Positions 1-10,140 of a DNA stretch of 64,000 bases are shown here, piece after piece. Position 1 is the stretch's first letter. Every line of letters begins with the position of its first letter. The notes below the pieces were generated by a model, which did no database searches, was not told the DNA's origin, and was given only the letters and a program-made list of their open reading frames with translations. This stretch comes from Planctomycetota bacterium (lineage in GTDB: Bacteria > Planctomycetota > GCA-002687715 > CAIWVZ01): NCBI GenBank assembly GCA_044222185.1, contig JBGANV010000009.1, positions 128,001 to 192,000 of the forward strand. The letters run 5' to 3'. The translations under genes were made by a program, and so were the position numbers.

Positions 1-465
1 GACGATCCATCGCCGATCGTCGTCTTCCCCGACCTCGTACACGGGGCAGAGACCTGGGTGGTCGATGCCCGAGGCCAGGACCGCTTCGCGGCGAAACCGC
101 GCCGCAGCGACCACATCCGCCGCATCGTGCTTCTCGTAGATCTTGATGGCCACGTCGCGGCCGAGCGCCTCGTCGCGCGCGAGCCAGACGACGGCCTGGC
201 TGCCTCGGCCGATCTCACGGACGAGGCGGAACGCGCCGAGCGTCGAACGGACCGCCCTTGCCGTGTGATCCAGGCGTGGCGTTGCTTCGCGCCGCGTGAC
301 ACGCTCGAACTCCTCGGCGATCACGTGCTCCGCGCGAGGGAACGACGCACGGTAGGCGGAGAGCGGCTTCACCGACTGATTGGCGACGTCGTTCCAGTAC
401 GCCAGCTGGAATTCGAGCGCCGTACGTTCCGCCTTGTCGTCGTCGGATACCGTGCCGTTTCCCAT
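1..465 (-). CDS. Ser/Thr protein kinase, N-terminal part (truncated by window edge; absent from the ORF track)
   Basis: Manual translation from ATG at 465: MGNGTVSDDDKAERTALEFQLAYW...LGAFRLVREIGRGSQAVVWLARDEALGRDVAIKIY...RFRREAVLASGIDHPGLCPVYEVG. Contains the Gly-loop, VAIK and HP motifs of Hanks-type kinases. Confidence 0.9.
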   Translation of the reverse strand, partial: MGNGTVSDDDKAERTALEFQLAYWNDVANQSVKPLSAYRASFPRAEHVIAEEFERVTRREATPRLDHTARAVRSTLGAFRLVREIGRGSQAVVWLARDEALGRDVAIKIYEKHDAADVVAAARFRREAVLASGIDHPGLCPVYEVGEDDDRRWIV

Positions 466-657
466 GGCGTGTTACCGCTCGTCGGCGTCAACGTAAGGTC
501 GCTTCGTCGCGGTGTCGAGACCCGAGCATCCTCCAATTCCACGGACCACCGTCGAGCTGAGGAGTCGGTTGAGCTCAGCTGATTCCCGACTGACGGCCGC
601 TCAGGTCATGAAGTAGACTCCCGCGACCGGGGGAGCCTCGACCCCGGCGGAGTCAAC

Positions 658-2076
658 ATGAAGCGCGCGTACGCGATCGTTCTGTCTGCTGCGTTGGTCG
701 GGCCTCTCGTGTCGCAAGGAGGGTTTCGACCGGGTGACATCTACCTCCACTCGAGTGCGCTGGTGAACAGCTCGAGCACCGGTGGCGGGCTGATGAGGAT
801 CGACCCCATCAGCGGGACGACGCAGATCCTGCTGAACTACCCTTCATCGGCCGGCCTGTGGCAGTCCATGGCCTACGATCCGTATCGCGATCGCCTGATC
901 GGCTACGTGGCCGTGGGAACGCCGATCCTGAAGCTCTATGCGCTGACTTCGACGGGGAGTCCGACGGACCTCGGCCTGCCTGCTGACACGTATTCGCTGA
1001 TCACGCCGCGCGGAGATGGGATCGTCTATCTCCGTCGCGGGTCGACGCAGCAACAGATCTCGTACCTGGACGCCGCGAACGGGCTCCACACGTTGAACGA
1101 CGCCACCGGCACGACGCCATTCTCGTTCCCCGCGAGCGCAACGAGCGCCATACCCACTCTCTACTATCACCGCGCGCAGAACGCCCTCTATGCGGCGGTC
1201 CCCAGCGGAACGGCGACCTGCACCGGCGGTGCGTCCACGGATCTGAGCATCTATCGCGCGCCGCTGTCGATCGACGGTACGCGCGTCGTCGGCACCGTCA
1301 CCTGTGCGCAGGCCGTCGTCGATCCGCTGGGAAGCAACCAGCCCGTTTGCTGGAGCCTGACGGCCGACGGCAGCCTCCTCCTCGTCGTCGATACGAACTC
1401 CAACGCGGCCCAGCCGCGCATGTTGTCCATCGACCCGGTGACCTTGACGGCATCGATCTATGCATCCAACGGCTCGTACACGGGCGCTGCGGCGACGAAC
1501 GCCGGCTTCTACTCGACTGTGCGCGATGCGGCCATCGTCCTCGACACGTTCAGCGACGTCTTGCGGATCTTCACCGCGGGAAGCACGGGCGGCGGCAGTC
1601 AGTTTGCGACCGGCGTGTCGTCACCTGGAGGAAGCGGCGAGGTCGCGCGCCTCTTCGAGATCGAGCCGACCGCCGTGTCGCTCACGCTTCATGCCAACAG
1701 CAGCAGCATCTCCCTGCAGGCGGGGGGCACCGACCTGCTGACGTTCGCCCCCGGGCCGGCCTTCTCGGGGGAGATCGCCGTCGTCGCGGCCTCGCAGTCG
1801 GGATGGACGCCGGGCATTCCTTATGGCTTCTGGGTGATCCCGCTCGTCTACGACGCCCTCACGACCTACTCGATCGCCAATGCCAACTCAGTCCCGTTCG
1901 TGAACAATGCGGCGGTGCTCGGATCGACGGGCGTCTTGTCGACCCAGTTCGTCGTTCCACCCAACGCGCCCCCGGGGTTTGCCGGCACGACCGTCTACTT
2001 CGCGGGGATCGCAGCCACGACCGGCGGCGTGATCAACCACGTGAGCAATCCCGCGGCACTCTCGCTCGTGCCTTGA
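658..2076 (+). CDS. Secreted beta-propeller-like protein with shared C-terminal domain
   Basis: GGAG SD; signal peptide MKRAYAIVLSAALVGPLVSQ; beta-rich repeats (RIDPISG, SIDPVTL); C-terminus ...VVPPNAPPGFAGTTVYFAG...VSNPAALSLVP. Confidence 0.8.
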   Translation: MKRAYAIVLSAALVGPLVSQGGFRPGDIYLHSSALVNSSSTGGGLMRIDPISGTTQILLNYPSSAGLWQSMAYDPYRDRLIGYVAVGTPILKLYALTSTGSPTDLGLPADTYSLITPRGDGIVYLRRGSTQQQISYLDAANGLHTLNDATGTTPFSFPASATSAIPTLYYHRAQNALYAAVPSGTATCTGGASTDLSIYRAPLSIDGTRVVGTVTCAQAVVDPLGSNQPVCWSLTADGSLLLVVDTNSNAAQPRMLSIDPVTLTASIYASNGSYTGAAATNAGFYSTVRDAAIVLDTFSDVLRIFTAGSTGGGSQFATGVSSPGGSGEVARLFEIEPTAVSLTLHANSSSISLQAGGTDLLTFAPGPAFSGEIAVVAASQSGWTPGIPYGFWVIPLVYDALTTYSIANANSVPFVNNAAVLGSTGVLSTQFVVPPNAPPGFAGTTVYFAGIAATTGGVINHVSNPAALSLVP

Positions 2077-2482
2077 CCGGCCTCCGTGACGGAGGCTGAA
2101 GCGCCCTCCGGCGTGCCGGCCGTCGTGCCGAGCGCCCGGGAGCGTCGCGCTCGCGCGACGACGGCGGGCGTGCACGCATCGGGCGGTGTCGGCGCCCTCC
2201 AGGCCTCTGCGCGTCGATAGGCGGCCCGCGAGCGATCTTCGATGCGGTCTCGGACCCGACCCGGCCGGACCGCCCGCCCAGGGGATCGTGGCCCCGGCGT
2301 CGCCTCCGCGGCCCGGGCCGCCATTCCTCGCGCCCGCGTCGACCCGCTTCGCGCCGGGTTTCTGACGAGCGGTGGGGGGGATTCCGCGCCGCCGATGGAA
2401 GGACTCACGAAGGCTCGACGGCACACCCCGAAAACGGGGGCATCGCGCGTCGGGCCGCGGCCATCCCCCGTTGAGACCTTCC

Positions 2483-5400
2483 ATGAATCACATCGAATCG
2501 ACGCGCCGGCTCCGCGCGGTCGGCAGCCTTGCCATCGTGCTCGCCATTTCGGCTTGGAATCTCCGAGCCCAGAGCGCCCCCTCGCCCGAGTTCCCGCCGC
2601 CCCACCACACGCTCGTCGACGACATGTGGCTGCCGGACGAGGTGGTCTGGGGCGACGGCGTATTCACGGCGGCGCCGTGGCCTTCGGGGGTCGTTCCGTA
2701 CCTCTTCGCCACGTCGGTGTCGTCCGGTGAACAGCACCTGATGGAGACCGCCATGGCCGAGGTCGAGGCGATCTCCCAGGTCGATTTCGTGCCGTACATC
2801 CCCGGGACTCACGCGAACGTCATCCTGATCCGTCCGAACCCGAACAGCGACAACGTCAGCAGTTCGGCCGTCGGCATGGCGGGCGGCGGGCAGTTCCTGG
2901 ACATCGGCGCGAACCATTGGACCGTGAAGTACGTCATGGTCCACGAGCTGTTTCACGCGCTCGGCTTCCTGCACGAGCATCAACGGCCGGATCGCGACAC
3001 CTACGTGACGATCCAAACGAGCCGCATCTCGCAGACCGGATGCAGCGGTGGTCCGTGCAACGGGAACTTCACGCTCGTCGCCGGTGCGACGACGACGGGG
3101 CCCTACGACTTCGACTCCATCATGCATTACGGGCAGAATGCGTTCTCGAACGGGACCGGCCCGACGATCGTCTGCAAGCCGAGCTACGCGGCGCACCAGT
3201 CCGAAATCGGAAACCGCGGTCACATGACGTCACTGGACGCGCAGGCGATCGCGACGCGTTACGGCGTGCCGTCGTCACCGACGCTCGTGAACGTCGTCCC
3301 CAATTCCGTCGCCGCCGGCGGAAGTGACAGCGTCCTCATCGTTCTAACGGGGACGCGCTATCTCGAAGGATCGCCGACGTCGGAGGGTGTGCAGGGAAGC
3401 GTCGTGCGATTCAACGGCGTGCACCTCCAGACGGTCTTTTCGTCGAGCACGACACTCGTGGCGCTCGTGCCGGCGAGCATGATCCAGCTGCCATCGCCCA
3501 CGAACTCGATCACGGTCGAGAACGACGTGGACGCGGGCGGAGTTTCGAACGCGTTGAATTTCGCCGTGACGGCGCCGCCGTGCCCGAGCGCCACCGACTC
3601 CCTCGGACATGCGGTCGTCGCACTCGGCGACGTCGACGGCGACCACCACGACGATTACGTCGTCGGCGCACCGCAGTGGGGTACGACGGGGCGCATCTGG
3701 TGCCACTCCGGAGCGAACGGCGCCGTGATCTGGCAGCTGTCTCCCAGCGGCGTCGTCGAGTTCGGCTACTCGCTGGCACGGATCGACGACGTGAACGGCG
3801 ATGGCGTCGACGACGTCCTCGCGGGTTCGCGAGGCATCGGCCTCAGCTCGGGTGGGGCTCGGCTGATCGACGGCGCGACCGGTTCCGTGCTGGTTGCCGT
3901 CACGCCGCCCTCGGGGGGCGGATTCATCTTTGGAACGGAATTCGGGTACGCCGTCGCGGGTCTGGGTGACCTGAGCGGCGACGGCATCCCGGACTTCGCC
4001 GTCGGCGCGCCGAACTGGAACCCCGGGGGAGCCGTGTTCGTGTACTCGGGTTCGACCGGCGTGCTGCTGCGTTCGCACTCGGAGCCGGCCACGGGGTTCC
4101 GTTTCGGGTCTTCCGTCGCCGGAGGACGCGACGTCTCTGGCGACGGCACTCCCGACTACGTCGTCGGCGCGCCCGAAGCGGACGTGCCAGGAGCCCTCGA
4201 TGCGGGCGAAGTGACCCTCTTCTCCGGCGCGACGGGGGCGGCGCTCGTCATGCGAAACGGCGTCGGTGCGTACGACTTCTTCGGACGCTCCGTCGCGCTC
4301 ATCCCGGCCGTCACGGCGTCGGGGCGTCGGGCGTCATTCGTGGTCGGGGCTCCCGAGAGCGGGTCGACCTCGGGAGCGTTCGGCGGAGCGGGCTACGTGC
4401 ACGTCTATCGCGGATCGAGCACGCTCTCGCCTTATGGGCTCGCGTTGACGATGACCGGGCCGGCCTACGGCTCGCACTACGGGTACTCCGTCGCCCATGC
4501 CGGCGACGCCGACGACGACGGGAGTGCGGACATCCTCGTGGGCGCTCCGCAGGTTGGCATTGGCGTCGCGGGCCCGGTGGGTCCCGGCTTCGCGGAGATC
4601 CGATCGCTCGCGGGGACACTGCTCGCGACGACGAGTGGGACGAGCGTCGGTTCGTCGTTCGGGTCGGCTGTGAGCGGGGACTTCGACACGAACGGGGACG
4701 CGGTGCTCGACGTGATTGCCGGAGCGCCGCTCGCGGACGTGCCCTGCCCGGATGCAGGCGGGTACTCGATCTTCCATCCGCGGCTCGTACCGAAGCAGGA
4801 CAAGGTGCTCATCACCGAGATCTCCACGGGCGTGCCCGCTGGCGTCGAGATCACCAACTTCGGAACCGGTTCGGCCACGCTCACCGAGTGGACTCTCGTG
4901 TGGTCGAACACGGGTGGGTTCAGCGATCCGGCGACGGTGCCGCTGCCCACGATCACGTTGCAGCCGGGCGAGATCGTCATCGTGAAGGAGCCGGGCGGCA
5001 CGATCGCCGAACTTCCTCCCGCAACGCAGGTCTACAGCGTGCTGCCGTCGTTGTCGCCATTCGTCGGCGCGGCTGTGGTCGTCGCGCTCCGCAATCGCGC
5101 CGGAATCACCGTCGACGAGGTCCGGATGGCCGGAGTCTCGAACACCGAGCCCGGGATCTCCCTGGGCGGGCGGTTCCGCGGGTTCGCGCAGAACTTCCAG
5201 CCCGGTGGTTTCGCCACGAACATCGGGGCACAACGCATCTGGGGTTTGGATTCGAACGGCGGTGGTGACTGGACGAGCGCACAGCCGCGGACCTTCGGGC
5301 TCGAGAACACTTCGAGCGGTCATCTGGGCTTCGATCCGGTTCCCGTATCGAGCATCGTCATCAACGAGATCGACGACGCGCCGGACTACGTCGAGTTTCG

Positions 5401-6271
5401 CAACAGAGGCCCGGCTGGCGCCGCGGGTGCGGTCAACGTCGAGGCCTGGTCGATCCTCGCGAGCGGAGCGCAGGGCAACGCCCTCGGCCGTTGGCGGCCC
5501 TGGCCAGGCAGCTACGTGGTGCCGGGCGGCGCGTACTTCGTCTTCGGCGCGGGACCGCTGCCGGCGCCGCCGGAGCTCCCATTCGGCGCGCTCTACGCGA
5601 CCGCAGCGGCTTCCGTTCCACCAGGCGCTTCCTGGTCGACGGACGAGTACACGCTCGCGCTCGTCGACCACCTGGGGCGGCCGGTGGACGTCCTACGCGT
5701 CACCGGTCACGACGACGACGTCGTGCACAACCATCCACGGATCCCGTCGTCCGTGCGAGCGTTCACCGGCGGCGCAAATCGCGGCGCCGTGGCATCGGGA
5801 GTCATCGGGAGGAACCTGACGTCCTCGGACACGAACACTGAGAGCGACTGGCGTCCCATGACGACACGAACGCTCGGTGCGCCCAACGGAACCGGTCCGC
5901 TCACGTGGGTGCCGGACGCCACGCCGGGGATGGACGTACGCGTGAACGCAACGGGACTCGGCGGCGGCCTCGCGATCATCGTGAACGCAGGCGGCGAGCG
6001 CGCCGGGTTCCTTTGGAGCTTCCTTTGGGACGTGGGCCATTTCGACGGCCAAGGGCCGGTATTCGGCCTGGGCCCCAACGCCATCGCGAACTGGAGCTGG
6101 TCGATTGCGAACCCGCCGTTCTCCGGCCCGCTGGATTCACGGGGCGCGGCGCGGGTGGACGTCGCCTCCGGCACGTTGCCACCGGGCATCGACGTGGACG
6201 CCATCTTCGTCCTGACGGACGCGGTCGGGAATCTCGTGACCTACACGCCGATCATCGAGTTCGACACCTGA
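2483..6271 (+). CDS. Secreted M12A (astacin) metalloprotease with IPT/TIG, FG-GAP repeats, two lamin-tail-like domains and shared C-terminal domain
   Basis: HELFHALGFLHEHQRPDRD zinc motif and SIMHY Met-turn; repeated GDVDGD..D.VVGAP; VLITEI and IVINEI...DYVEFRN (LTD-like). Start moved to ATG 2483, which is followed by a signal peptide. Confidence 0.9.
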   Translation: MNHIESTRRLRAVGSLAIVLAISAWNLRAQSAPSPEFPPPHHTLVDDMWLPDEVVWGDGVFTAAPWPSGVVPYLFATSVSSGEQHLMETAMAEVEAISQVDFVPYIPGTHANVILIRPNPNSDNVSSSAVGMAGGGQFLDIGANHWTVKYVMVHELFHALGFLHEHQRPDRDTYVTIQTSRISQTGCSGGPCNGNFTLVAGATTTGPYDFDSIMHYGQNAFSNGTGPTIVCKPSYAAHQSEIGNRGHMTSLDAQAIATRYGVPSSPTLVNVVPNSVAAGGSDSVLIVLTGTRYLEGSPTSEGVQGSVVRFNGVHLQTVFSSSTTLVALVPASMIQLPSPTNSITVENDVDAGGVSNALNFAVTAPPCPSATDSLGHAVVALGDVDGDHHDDYVVGAPQWGTTGRIWCHSGANGAVIWQLSPSGVVEFGYSLARIDDVNGDGVDDVLAGSRGIGLSSGGARLIDGATGSVLVAVTPPSGGGFIFGTEFGYAVAGLGDLSGDGIPDFAVGAPNWNPGGAVFVYSGSTGVLLRSHSEPATGFRFGSSVAGGRDVSGDGTPDYVVGAPEADVPGALDAGEVTLFSGATGAALVMRNGVGAYDFFGRSVALIPAVTASGRRASFVVGAPESGSTSGAFGGAGYVHVYRGSSTLSPYGLALTMTGPAYGSHYGYSVAHAGDADDDGSADILVGAPQVGIGVAGPVGPGFAEIRSLAGTLLATTSGTSVGSSFGSAVSGDFDTNGDAVLDVIAGAPLADVPCPDAGGYSIFHPRLVPKQDKVLITEISTGVPAGVEITNFGTGSATLTEWTLVWSNTGGFSDPATVPLPTITLQPGEIVIVKEPGGTIAELPPATQVYSVLPSLSPFVGAAVVVALRNRAGITVDEVRMAGVSNTEPGISLGGRFRGFAQNFQPGGFATNIGAQRIWGLDSNGGGDWTSAQPRTFGLENTSSGHLGFDPVPVSSIVINEIDDAPDYVEFRNRGPAGAAGAVNVEAWSILASGAQGNALGRWRPWPGSYVVPGGAYFVFGAGPLPAPPELPFGALYATAAASVPPGASWSTDEYTLALVDHLGRPVDVLRVTGHDDDVVHNHPRIPSSVRAFTGGANRGAVASGVIGRNLTSSDTNTESDWRPMTTRTLGAPNGTGPLTWVPDATPGMDVRVNATGLGGGLAIIVNAGGERAGFLWSFLWDVGHFDGQGPVFGLGPNAIANWSWSIANPPFSGPLDSRGAARVDVASGTLPPGIDVDAIFVLTDAVGNLVTYTPIIEFDT

Positions 6272-6305
6272 TCCGGACGGGTGACATCCGGTGCCATCGT
6301 GCTCT

Positions 6306-6992
6306 ATGATCGCGGGCCGCGTGACGACTGAGAACGAGACCTGCTGGACGGTGATCGGCGCCGCTGCCCTCGGTGACGACACGGCCCGCGATCGTTTCGT
6401 TCGCCGCTACCTTCCGGTCATCCGCGCCGCCCTCGCCGCTCGGTGGCGAGGACGCGCGCTCGAGTCGGAGATCGAGGATGCCGTTCAGAACGTCATCCTC
6501 GAATGCATCCGGGAGGATGGCGCGCTTGCGCGGGCATCGGCGGAGCGGGGGAGCGGATTCCGTGGGTTCCTCTTCGGCGTCACGCGCAACGTCGCCCTGC
6601 GGCATGAAGCCCGGTTTGGGCGGCGAGGGGTCGAGCTCACGAGCTCGGTCGCTGCCGGTGATGCCGACGATGGCTGGGAACGCAGCTTCGATCGCGCATG
6701 GGCCGAATCCGTCGTCGCGGAGGCGAGGGCGCGACTCACGAGCTGGGCTGACGTGCGCGGAGAGGCCGCGATCCGTCGCGTGCGAATCCTGACGCTGCGG
6801 TACGGCGAAGGGTTGACGCTGCGCGCAATCGCTTCCCGCTTCGGTTGCCCGGAGAAGAGGGTGCAGAAGGACTACATGAAGGCCGAGGCCGAATTCGCCG
6901 CGATGCTTCGGCAGGTCGTGGCGTTCCACGTTCCGTCCGGCGCGGCGGAGGTCGAAACCGAGTGCAGAAGCCTCCTGGCGCTGCTCACATGA
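6306..6992 (+). CDS. ECF RNA polymerase sigma factor (kinase-associated type)
   Basis: TCWTVI...ARDRFVRRY; EDAVQNV; GSGFRGFLFGVTRN; FDRAWA; region-4 HTH LTLRAIASRFG. ATGA overlap with the downstream kinase. Alternative start GTG 6321 after TATGAT. Confidence 0.88.
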   Translation: MIAGRVTTENETCWTVIGAAALGDDTARDRFVRRYLPVIRAALAARWRGRALESEIEDAVQNVILECIREDGALARASAERGSGFRGFLFGVTRNVALRHEARFGRRGVELTSSVAAGDADDGWERSFDRAWAESVVAEARARLTSWADVRGEAAIRRVRILTLRYGEGLTLRAIASRFGCPEKRVQKDYMKAEAEFAAMLRQVVAFHVPSGAAEVETECRSLLALLT

Positions 6993-9900
6993 CTCGGACT
7001 GGAACCGATGGCGAGGGTGCGAGCGCCGACGGCGAGCTTCTGCGCGCCGGACTTCGCCACGCGTTCGGGGGTGCGGGGCCGCAGTCGACGAGCGACGATG
7101 GGGGCGACGACGTCGGAGCGCGATCGGGCTCGCAGTGGGTCGACGACCGCTACGCGATCCGCGGAGAGCTCGGGCGCGGTGGCATGGGCGTCGTCTACCG
7201 CGCGTTCGACGCGGACCTGGGGCGAGAGGTCGCGCTGAAGGTCCTCCGTCACGGAGCGCTCGCGAACCACGCGGCACTGCACCGCTTCTCCGACGAGGCG
7301 CGCGTCTGCGCCCAGCTCCAGCACCGCGGGATCGTGCCGATGTACGACACCGGTGTGGGTGCCGACGGCTTTCCCTACTTCACCATGCGAATCGTCGAGG
7401 GTCGGACGTTGCGCGACGTGCTCGCGTCGTCGTCGAGCCGCCCCGACCTCGCGTGGATCGCGGAGGTCCTGGAGCAGATGTGCGACGCGGTCGGCTACGC
7501 GCACGCCCGCGGTGTGGTGCATCGCGACCTGAAGCCGTCGAACGTGATGATCGGAGCGTTCGGCGAGGTGTTCGTCATGGACTGGGGGCTGGCGAAGGTC
7601 ATCGGCGGCACCGAGCCCGAGACGGCGCACGGAAGCCCCGAGGTCAAATCCGGGCGCGCCGACCACGCGACGCTGGCGACGTCCGCGGGGGCCGTCGTCG
7701 GAACCGTGGGCTACATGTCTCCGGAGCAGGCCCGCGGTGAGGTTGCCAGCCTCGATGCGCGCACTGACGTGTTCGCCGTCGGGGCGATCCTCTTCGAGGT
7801 CCTGGTCGGGGCGCGACCGCACGCGGGCGCGAGCGATCCCCTGGACGCCTCCCGTCGCGGTGAGGCGGTCGGGCTATGGGCCGCGCTCGACGCAGTCGAG
7901 CATCCCGTGGAACTCGTGGGGCTCGCGCGATCGTGCCTCCAACCGCGTCCCGAGGACCGGCCGAAGGATGCGGGAGCCGTTGCGCAAGCGATCGGTTCGT
8001 GGCGCCGCTCTCAGCTCGAACGCGCGCGGGTCGCCGAGCTCGACGCGGCGACGGCCCGCGCGGCGCTGCCCCACGCGCGTCGGGTTCGGCGTCTCTCCGT
8101 GGTCCTGGTCAGCGTGGTGGTGCTCGTCGCCGCGGGCGTCGTGTGGATCCAGGCCGACGCGCGTTCGCGACGTGCGGCGATCGACCTGCGCGTCGAAGAG
8201 ATCCTCGATGAGACGGCGCGGCTGCGACTTGCCGCCGCGTCCGCACAGCCGCCGGCGCTGCCGAGTTGGCTTTCAGCCCATGCCGCCGCCGAGCGCGCCG
8301 TGGCGTCGGCGCGGAGTGGCGGCGCGAGCACTCCCGTGATGCGACGGGCCGTCGATCTGCTTGCGGCCTTGGAACGCGACGTGGATGTCTTTCGTCGCTC
8401 GGCGATCGAGGAAGATGCTGCGCGAACCGACGGTGCGCGAATCGACGAGCTCCTGCAGGTGCGCTACCCCCACATCACTCACGCCGAGACGGCGCGACGT
8501 CTCGCGGACTTCTTCGCGGGCGTCGGTATTTCGATACCGATCACGGACGTCGAGGGTTCGTCCGATCTGATCCGTCGATCGCGAATCGCATCGAGTCTCC
8601 TGTTGGCGCTCGATCAGTGGATCTTCAGCCTGTGGCGAGCCCCAGCGCAGCGCGACACGTCGCGCGTGCTCGCGAAGGTAGCGGATCGCGCCGACGGTGA
8701 TCCGTTCCGCACCCGCGTCCGGAACGCATGTGTCAGCCGCAACGCGGCCGAACTGGCAAGCCTCGCTGCCGATCCCGCGACGCTCGACCTGCCGGGACCG
8801 ATCCTCGCGAATACCGCCGTCGTGCTGACAGAGGTGTCTGGTCCGCAGGTGGGCCTGGCGTTCCTCAAGCGCGTGCGCGAGCGCTTGCCCGGCGACTTCT
8901 TCGTGAACAACCAATTGGCGTGGACGCTCGACCAGATCAAGCCGGTCGACGTCGCGGCGTTGAATGCTGCTGCGGCGGCCGCGCTGGCGTCGGCGCCGAA
9001 GAGCGCGCTCGCGCGGGCCAACTACGCGCACGTGCTTCACCGCATGGGAGCGCTGGACGAGGCCCTCCGGCACGCCGAGGTCGCCGTGGCCGCGCGCCCG
9101 GATCTGGAGTTCGTTCACCGCGTGCTCGGCTCGATCCTCAATGCTCGGGGAGAGTACGCCCTCGCCGAGGCGCAGTACCGCGCCGCGCTCGACTGCGATC
9201 GCCGCTCGCCGCTGACGCACTTCTTCGTGGCTGAAGCGCTGATCAACCAGAAGCGATTCGCAGAGGCTGAACCACTGCTCGTGGAGGCCGTACGCCTCGC
9301 ACCGAGTGACGCGGAGACGCGGTACTGGCTCGGCTTCGTCGAGTATCAGCTCGATCGGTTCGCGGATGCAGAGGCTCACCTCCTCGTCGTCCTGGCGGAT
9401 CAGCCGCGGCACGTTGCGGCCCTACGGGCGCTGGGCGCGACGATGCGGGCGTCGTCGCGGCATCGCGAGGCGGTGCTGTGGCTCGAGCGCGCGCGGGTGC
9501 TGTCCGGCGGCGATGCCGGGACGTCCGCGTGGCTCGATGAACGTATTCGGGATTCGCGGGCGATCGCAGATGCCGCCGAGGACGCGTCCGACGAGACCCT
9601 CGGATCGAGAGCGGATTCTCGAAGGACTCTCGCCGCATGGATCGAGCTCGCGGAGAGCCATGCGGCTCGGAAGCACTTCGTGCGGGAGAGCGAGCTGTGG
9701 CGGCGCGCGTTTGCAACTCAGCCGGAGCTGTTCGACGATCTCATCGCCGTTCGCCGCGCGGCTCGCGCGGCGGCCGCTGCGGGCGGCGGGCGAAGCGACG
9801 ACGGCCGTGACCTCGACGCCGCGACGCGACGCGCGTGGCGCGACGAAGTCCGTCACTGGATCGGTCGCTTCGTGGAGTCGGCTCGACGTCGGCTCGAGGA

Positions 9901-10069
9901 TCCGCGGGCCGACCGCGCCGCGATGCGCGCGGCAGTCTCCGACCTGTCGTCCGATCGCGTCGCGCTCCGCGATGCCGGCGGCGTCGATCCCGTTGCTCCC
10001 GACGAGGCGCGCTTGGATCTGGCGCTCTGGGAGGCGGTGACGGCGCTGGAGTCGGCGATTCGTGAGTGA
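6989..10069 (+). CDS. Ser/Thr protein kinase with transmembrane helix and TPR repeats
   Basis: GRGGMGVVY, VALK, HRDLKPSN, VMDWGLAK, GYMSPEQ, DVFAVG; TM VVLVSVVVLVAAGVVWI; Ala-rich TPR repeats. Start ATG 6989 overlaps the ECF stop. Confidence 0.92.
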   Translation: MTRTGTDGEGASADGELLRAGLRHAFGGAGPQSTSDDGGDDVGARSGSQWVDDRYAIRGELGRGGMGVVYRAFDADLGREVALKVLRHGALANHAALHRFSDEARVCAQLQHRGIVPMYDTGVGADGFPYFTMRIVEGRTLRDVLASSSSRPDLAWIAEVLEQMCDAVGYAHARGVVHRDLKPSNVMIGAFGEVFVMDWGLAKVIGGTEPETAHGSPEVKSGRADHATLATSAGAVVGTVGYMSPEQARGEVASLDARTDVFAVGAILFEVLVGARPHAGASDPLDASRRGEAVGLWAALDAVEHPVELVGLARSCLQPRPEDRPKDAGAVAQAIGSWRRSQLERARVAELDAATARAALPHARRVRRLSVVLVSVVVLVAAGVVWIQADARSRRAAIDLRVEEILDETARLRLAAASAQPPALPSWLSAHAAAERAVASARSGGASTPVMRRAVDLLAALERDVDVFRRSAIEEDAARTDGARIDELLQVRYPHITHAETARRLADFFAGVGISIPITDVEGSSDLIRRSRIASSLLLALDQWIFSLWRAPAQRDTSRVLAKVADRADGDPFRTRVRNACVSRNAAELASLAADPATLDLPGPILANTAVVLTEVSGPQVGLAFLKRVRERLPGDFFVNNQLAWTLDQIKPVDVAALNAAAAAALASAPKSALARANYAHVLHRMGALDEALRHAEVAVAARPDLEFVHRVLGSILNARGEYALAEAQYRAALDCDRRSPLTHFFVAEALINQKRFAEAEPLLVEAVRLAPSDAETRYWLGFVEYQLDRFADAEAHLLVVLADQPRHVAALRALGATMRASSRHREAVLWLERARVLSGGDAGTSAWLDERIRDSRAIADAAEDASDETLGSRADSRRTLAAWIELAESHAARKHFVRESELWRRAFATQPELFDDLIAVRRAARAAAAAGGGRSDDGRDLDAATRRAWRDEVRHWIGRFVESARRRLEDPRADRAAMRAAVSDLSSDRVALRDAGGVDPVAPDEARLDLALWEAVTALESAIRE

Positions 10070-10127
10070 GCCCACGAGCGCCGTGGTTCGGCGGAGGAGA
10101 TGCGTGGCGAGCGGACGAGGCAGGCTG

Positions 10128-10133
10128 TAGGCT
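10128..10133 (+). promoter_or_regulatory. Putative -10 element (TAGGCT) of a leaderless transcript
   Basis: TAnnnT hexamer 7 nt upstream of ATG 10141; no SD sequence. Confidence 0.5.
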
Positions 10134-10140
10134 CCCCTCG

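Noticed and set aside
58-582. 174-aa plus-strand ORF
   Set aside because: Antisense to a clear kinase gene on the minus strand.
2371-2415. GGGGGGATT(C/T)C...TCACG motif also seen near 42821, as a shared ECF promoter
   Set aside because: Only two instances with inconsistent spacing; insufficient support.
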